Assembly: GCA_043228905.1 (NCBI GenBank)
Contig: JBHGNT010000017.1
Location: 10,540,001-10,604,000, forward strand
Reading direction: 5' to 3'
DNA from: Azolla caroliniana
Taxonomy: Eukaryota; Plantae; Polypodiophyta
DNA: 64,000 nucleotides
Part shown: piece after piece, positions 57,927-64,000 of the stretch
Position numbering within the stretch: the first letter of the stretch is position 1
How the letters are laid out: each line of letters starts with the position of its first letter
The notes under the pieces: model-generated
What the model saw: only the letters and a program-made list of their open reading frames with translations
What the model was told of the DNA's origin: nothing
Database searches by the model: none
Made by a program: the position numbers and the translations under genes

Positions 57927-60900
57927 TGTTGAGAATCACGCTCAACTTGGTCTAGTGTGTGAACTCACCTTGAGAGTGAATAGACACTCCAACGATCAAG
58001 AGTCACCATGAAGTCACCACTTTGTATTCTAGCATTTTGTATGAGTCATAGAATCATATTCTATGACACATAACTTATGAGCTTTCACATTCCCCATGCT
58101 CCATGAGTCTTGTAGTTAATGAAGAGAGAAGGTGACTACATAAAGCACCCTCCTCCCACCTTGTATAATGTTGAGTCTTTCTCCTTTGTCAATATACTTT
58201 TACCTTGCGTATTCTCTGTGTTTCACTCACTCTCTCTCTCTCTCCCTCTCCCTCTCTCTCTCTCTCTCTTACACACACACATAACTCATATCTCTTCCGC
58301 TTCACAAGAATCCATCTCTTGATTCTTTACATGGTATCAGAGAGATTTGGTAGCTCAATCTAGCCCATTCGCCTCATCGTGATCGTGTGTTGTGCTCCAC
58401 ACCGACGACCAAGAACCGGCTCATCGCTATTGTAGCTTCGCTACATAGCTCGCATTCGAAGAGAGAAGAAGAAGAAGAAGAGTCGACATAATGAATACTC
58501 AAATGGGGAGCGCTCTCCCTACGAGAAGTTGGATCGAAACAACTTCACATCTTGGGAGTACAAGATGCACCAATACCTTGTCGGACAAGGCTATTGGAGC
58601 TACAGCAAAGGAACGCATGAAGACCGACCCGCCGAAGCGGCTCCCGGATACGCGACATGGGAGCAAGCCGCAAGCTGCATCATGTATTGTTTGGCGACAT
58701 GTGTTCACGACCACATGCTCGGTTACATTCAAGAAGCCAAGACGCCGAAGGAAGCGTGGGAAAATCTATGAAAGATTTTCGCCGCCAACACGACTGCAAG
58801 GAAGCTTCAACTCTGCCAAGAGTTGAACAACATTCAACAAAGGGATATGTCCATCACGACATACACCTTGAAGATCAAGGAGCTTTGTGACTCGCTCGGC
58901 TCAATAAGCGTAAGTATAGATGATGATGAGATGGTGCAAATATGCCTCGGCGGCCTTGCACCACGGTTCGGCGCGATGCGAACCGCCGTTCTAGCACGAG
59001 AGAAATCTCCCTCCTTCGAGCTCCAATCAATGCTATTGGTTGAAGAAAACCACGTGCGTACAAGGAGCAATGAGTCGGAAGGCCACATGCTCTACACGCA
59101 CTCTAATGGAGGAAGAGGACGCGGACGAGCGAGAGGCCGATTCGGCCAAGGACAAGGCGGACGAGGTCCAACCTACGACAACAACTCCCAATTTCGGCCA
59201 CAAAACGGAGGCCAACGAGGAACCTTCGCAAGAAGGAGGAGCTTCCACTACGGCCCGAGCCGTCAAAACGCAACCAAATGCGGATATTGTAGAAAGCTCG
59301 GCCACCACGAAGAAGAGTGTCGAAAGAAGATGCGTGAATCGACTTCCACAAGCCGACAACTCATGAATTATGCACACAATTCTAACTATGAAGAGTATAA
59401 CGGAATGTACGGGCACAACTCCGACTACGAGGATCGTGGCGGAATGTACGCATACAACTCCGACCGTGGCGGAATGTTCATGATGAAACATAGAGCAAAA
59501 TCAACTAGTGCCCCCAATCCGGAGGACGTATGGTTTGTTGACTCTAGAGCCTCAAACCATATGACATCCCACAAAGAATGGTTTCTCAAACTTCGAGAGC
59601 CGGAGCGACCAGATTATGTCAAAACCGGAGATGACACTACGCACCCGATTCGGCACATCGGCAATGTTCCATTCGGCGAAAGAGATAAGCAAACATACAT
59701 TAAAAATGTCTTGCATGTTCCCACCATCACGAAGAATTTGGTCTCGGTCGGCCAAATGGTTGAGCAAGGGATGCAAGTACGATTCGACCAAGAAGGGTGC
59801 TTCATCGAAAAAGAAGGCCGAATCATCGCACGTGGAAGAAGAGAGGTCTAGATGTTCATTCTCGATTCGCACGAGATGAAATCCGCCATGTTCACGAAAA
59901 GCACGAAAGCCGACTCTGACATAGAGCTATGGCATAAGCGAATCGGCCACATCAATCTCAACAAACTTAAAGTAATGAAATCGAAAGGAGTCGTCATCGG
60001 ACTCCCGACATTCAAAGAGAAGGAGATTGAAGGTCTATGCGAAGCGTGCCAATTCGCCAAGCAACACCGACACCCATTTCCGAAGGAGCGGAATGTGAGT
60101 AAAGGCGTACTCGACGTAATTCATTCCGAGGTATGGGGTCCGGCTCAAACGGCGACATTCGACGGATGCCGATATTACGTGCTCTTCATCGACGACTTTT
60201 CTAGGCACACTTGGATCTATCTGATGCGGCAAAAGAGCGAAGTGTTCGGACATTTCCAAATATTCAAGAATGAAGTCGAGAAAGCCACGGGCCGACATGT
60301 ACGTTGTCTTCAATCGGATGGCGGCAAGGAGTACTTCTCGGACAATTTCACGGCGTATCTCCCAAAGGAAGGAATTGGGCGAGAATTCACTTGCCGACAC
60401 ACTCCGTAACAAAACGGGGTAGCCGAGCGCAAAAATCGGCACATCCTCGAAGTAGCGCGGGCCATGATGAACAAGAAGCATATGCCCAAGTCATATTGGG
60501 CCGAAGCTGCAAATACGGACGTCTATCTAATGAACTGGTGCACAACATCTGGCATGCACGAGGTCACTCCGCACAAAAGATTCTTCGGAAAGAAGCCGAA
60601 CCTATCACATGTTCGGATATTCGGCTCCATTGCGTACGTGCACATCCCCGACGAGAAGCGTCAAAAGCTCGACCCGAAGTCGGAGAAATGTATCCTCGTA
60701 GGATACTCACTGGAGCAAAAGGGGTACAAGTGCTACAACCCCTCAACTCGAAAATCTCGAATAAGTCGAGACGTCATTTTTTACGAGTCCGCATCCTGGT
60801 ACACACTAGAGACAACTCCGACTCCGACTCCGCTCGACCCGGAATTCGCCGAACAAGAGATTGAGGATGAAGATCACCTTACGCACATATTCGAAGAAAG

Positions 60901-62798
60901 TCCGGTCACGACCCGATTGAGCGGACCACAAGAGCCTTTGAGCGATCAAAGCACATCACGGCCTAGCCCGACGATGGACAAAGGCAATGCGAAAATGTCG
61001 GAATACGAAGATGATCGCTTTAACGATGATGAGTCGACTCACTCACTCGACAGTGAGTTCGGCGTTTTCGAGGTATCAATTGGAGCTAAGAAAGCCCTCA
61101 TCTCTGCAAATGAAAAGCTCCGTTGATCCACCCGTGAAAAGAACCCCGTAAGCCGATTCGGCTACAACGATGATATGGCGTACCATTACGCCTTTATGAT
61201 GAGGGTAGCGACAGTACGAGAGCCAGAAACCTTTTCGGAAGCCGCGAAGGACCCCCGATGGATCGAAGCAATGAACGAGGAGATGCATGCACTACGGAAG
61301 AACGAGACATGGGATCTCGTTCCCACCTCAACACACAAAAAGGCGATCGGATGTAGATGAATCTACAAGGTGAAGTATAACGCCGATGGCTCCGTAAACC
61401 GCTACAAAGCTCGACTTGTAGCGAAAGGATACGCTCAGACGCATGGTGTCGACTACGAAGAGACCTTTGCCCCGGTGGCAAAGATGACGACGGTGCGGAC
61501 CGTAATTGCGATTGCCGCGGCAAAAGGGTGGCACCTCCATCAAATGGACGTCAAGAACGCCTTTTTACAAGGTGAATTAGAAGAGGAGGTGTACATGATA
61601 CAACCACCCGGCTTCAACTCGAGCACCCATCCGAAAGTTGTATGCCGACTCAAGAAGCCACTCTACGGCCTCAAGCAAGCACCGCGTGCTTGGCATTCGA
61701 AGATAACGTAATATCTTCATCAAATCGGCTTCCATATGTCAAAATCGGACAACTCCCTCTACATACGAAGCGATTCCGCAAGTCCGATTGTCATCATCTT
61801 ATATGTGGATGACCTAGTCATTGGAGGTGAGCATCTCGTCGAAATCAATAAGGTCAAATCCCTCCTTTCCGACAAGTTTGAGATGACGGACATGAAGGAA
61901 CTCCACTACTTCCTCGGCATCGAGGTAATTCAGACTCTGGCCGGAATCATGATTTCTCAACGGCACTACATTCTCAACTTGTTATACAAGTTCGGTATGG
62001 CTAAGTCCAAATCCGTGGCAACCCCACTCGATCATAATCTCAAACTAGATGCGAACTCCGGCACCAAAGCATATGAGCCGACTTAGTATCGGCAACTCAT
62101 CGGGAGTCTCATCTACCTCACGATCACTCGACCCGATCTCAGTTATCCGGTCGGTCTCCTTAGTCAATTCATGCAAACACCGCGTGATACTCACTTTCGA
62201 TTGTGGCATCCTCTACAAGACCGCGCTGCCAATACGACTCGAGGGGTACACCGACGCCGATTGGGCCGGCTACAAAGCCGATAGAAGATCAACCTCCGGA
62301 TTTGTTTTCTCCCTCGGCAACGAAGCAATATCCTGGAGTAGCAAGAAGCAGCCTATCGTCGCTCTTTCGAGTACGGAGGCGGAATACAGGGGTGCAACCG
62401 TAGCTGCATGTGAAGCCGTATGGCTCAAGAGGATTTTGAAGGATCTAGGCGTACCCATCAAGGATCCTACTCCCCTTTATTGTGACAACATGAGCAGTAT
62501 CTATCTGGCTCGGAACCCGGTGTTCCACGCGCGGACAAAGCACATCGAAGTGCACTATCACTTCATCTGAGAGCGCGTTCTAGTTGGCGATGTCGACCTA
62601 CAACACATTAGCACAAATCTTCAAACGGACGACATCTTCACTAAGGCTTTAGGAGCCTACAAGCTATGGCAATTCATGACCAATCTCGAATTAACGATCC
62701 CTGACATGCCAAGCTTGAGGGGGAGTACGCAAGACACTACACAATAACGTGTGGATTCCGAAACCACGCAACGAAGCTGCGAAGAGCCAATCTACCGC
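57927..62798 (+). mobile_element. Copia G: 5' LTR 57927-58331, iMet PBS 58332-58342, degenerate gag-pol ~58491-62730; 3' LTR not in window
   Basis: TGTTGAG...CTTTACA|TGGTATCAGAG. Motifs [42 protein letters not shown] and YTDADW, with stops and frameshifts. Confidence 0.93.
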
Positions 62799-64000
62799 TG
62801 TCGCGAAAATACGACGAGGATACGTGAACGTTGAGGCAAGACCCCGGGGCCTTTCTCTAGAGGATATCAAATTCGTGTATTTATGTACTAAGAATTAACC
62901 GAAATGAGAAAGATTAACAAATTTCATTAATAAAAGGGAAAGAAAGATTACAATCAATCCCAAGATTGGGATTACAAAAGTTTTATCTTATGGAGATGAT
63001 TAGAATAATAGATTAGAGGAAATAAGAGATTATGATTCTTGAGTGATATGGCTTTGACAATGAATTTTGGATTTTTAGAGATTGCTTCCGTATAGAAATT
63101 ATGGTTTACTTGAGAGATAGCTTCCGTAGGGAAGATTAGGGTTCTTGGCTTCGATAAGATAAGAGAGCTCCCAAAGAAAAGAAAAAAAAAAAATTATAAT
63201 ATGGAGAGTCTTCGTGTAGAAAAAAAAATGGAATAAATATGGAGTTGTCTCTTGATCATAGCCTTTTCACTTTTTGTTGCATGGCCTCTACTTTTAGTTG
63301 CCTAGCTTTTTCTTTTGGTTGCATGTGACTGTCCACATGACCTTTACTTTTTCCATGCACTCCCTTCTTTAGTTGCTTGCGTCCACATGGCCTTTACTTT
63401 AGTTCTCTTCACTTTACTTTAGTTTGTTGCATGATCCAATCTTTCGTCCGTCCGCGTCCAACATCGTCCGGTAGCCGGTTCCATTTTACTTGCCGGTCGG
63501 TTCCGGTTCCGATTTTGCTTGCCGTCCAGTTCCGGTTTGCTTGCCGGTTCCGGTTCCATTTTGCTTGCCGGTCGGTTCCGGTTCCAATTTTGCTTGCCGT
63601 CCAATTCCGATTTGCTTGCCGGTTCCGGTTCCGGTTTTGCTTGCCGGCAGGTTCCGGTTTGCTTGCCGGTTCCGGTTCCAGTTTGCTTGCCGGTTCCGGT
63701 TCCGGTTTTGCTTGCCGGCAAGTTCCGGTTTGCTTGCCGGTTCTGGTTCCGGTTTTGCTTACCGGCCGATTTTCGGTTTGCATACCCGTTCCGGTTCCGG
63801 TTTTGCTTACCGGCCGGTTTCCGGTTTTGCTTGCCAGCCGGTTTGCATACCCGTTCCGGTTCCGGTTTTGCATACCGGCCCATTTCCGGATTGCATACCG
63901 GCCCGTTTCCGGATTTGCTTACCGGCCCGTTTCCGAATTTGCTTGTAGGCCGGTTTCCGGTTTTAGGGAATTTGGCCACCATCATCCATCAAGACAAAGT
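62799..64000. mobile_element. Probable LTR of another insertion, continuing off the window
   Basis: Begins TGTCGCG, like the solo-LTR and F termini, with an abrupt change from the Copia 3' region. Confidence 0.45.
63470..63962. repeat. Degenerate minisatellite of CCGGTT / TTTGCTTGCCGG units
   Basis: Direct inspection. Confidence 0.9.

Noticed and set aside
63409-63985. Repetitive proteins (ORFs of 152-188 aa)
   Set aside because: The frames are open on both strands because the minisatellite lacks stop codons.

Overview
The window is gene-free plant retrotransposon DNA. A non-seed land plant such as a fern or lycophyte is my inference, from the Tcn1-like and Trp-primed Gypsy elements and TTTAGGG motifs. 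It holds two deep nests. Nest 1 (1110-32200): an old Athila-like Gypsy Z contains Gypsy A (+, 2669-31951), which contains Gypsy B (-, 7180-31192), which contains Tnt1-like Copia C (-, 7925-23172), which contains a very young Gypsy E (-, 9354-19169). Nest 2 (37940-64000): an L1-type LINE contains a Tcn1-like chromovirus (40169-54673), which contains a gag-only tRNA-Trp-primed element F (44964-53727), which contains an intact Copia D (47905-53355). A solo LTR, Copia G and another LTR start follow. The main finding is that the Z/A/B/E family has no polypurine tract. Directly before the 3' LTR, all three visible copies carry a sense copy of a tRNA-Arg(UCU)-like 3' end (GGGTTCGA-[13-nt hairpin]-GTCCCACGGGCGTGCCA-TG|LTR). 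B and E also keep a normal tRNA-Arg(UCG)-type PBS after the 5' LTR. This suggests a retrotransposon that primes both DNA strands with tRNAs. The family also carries a large extra coiled-coil ORF. tRNA identities and lineage names are from memory and need database confirmation.
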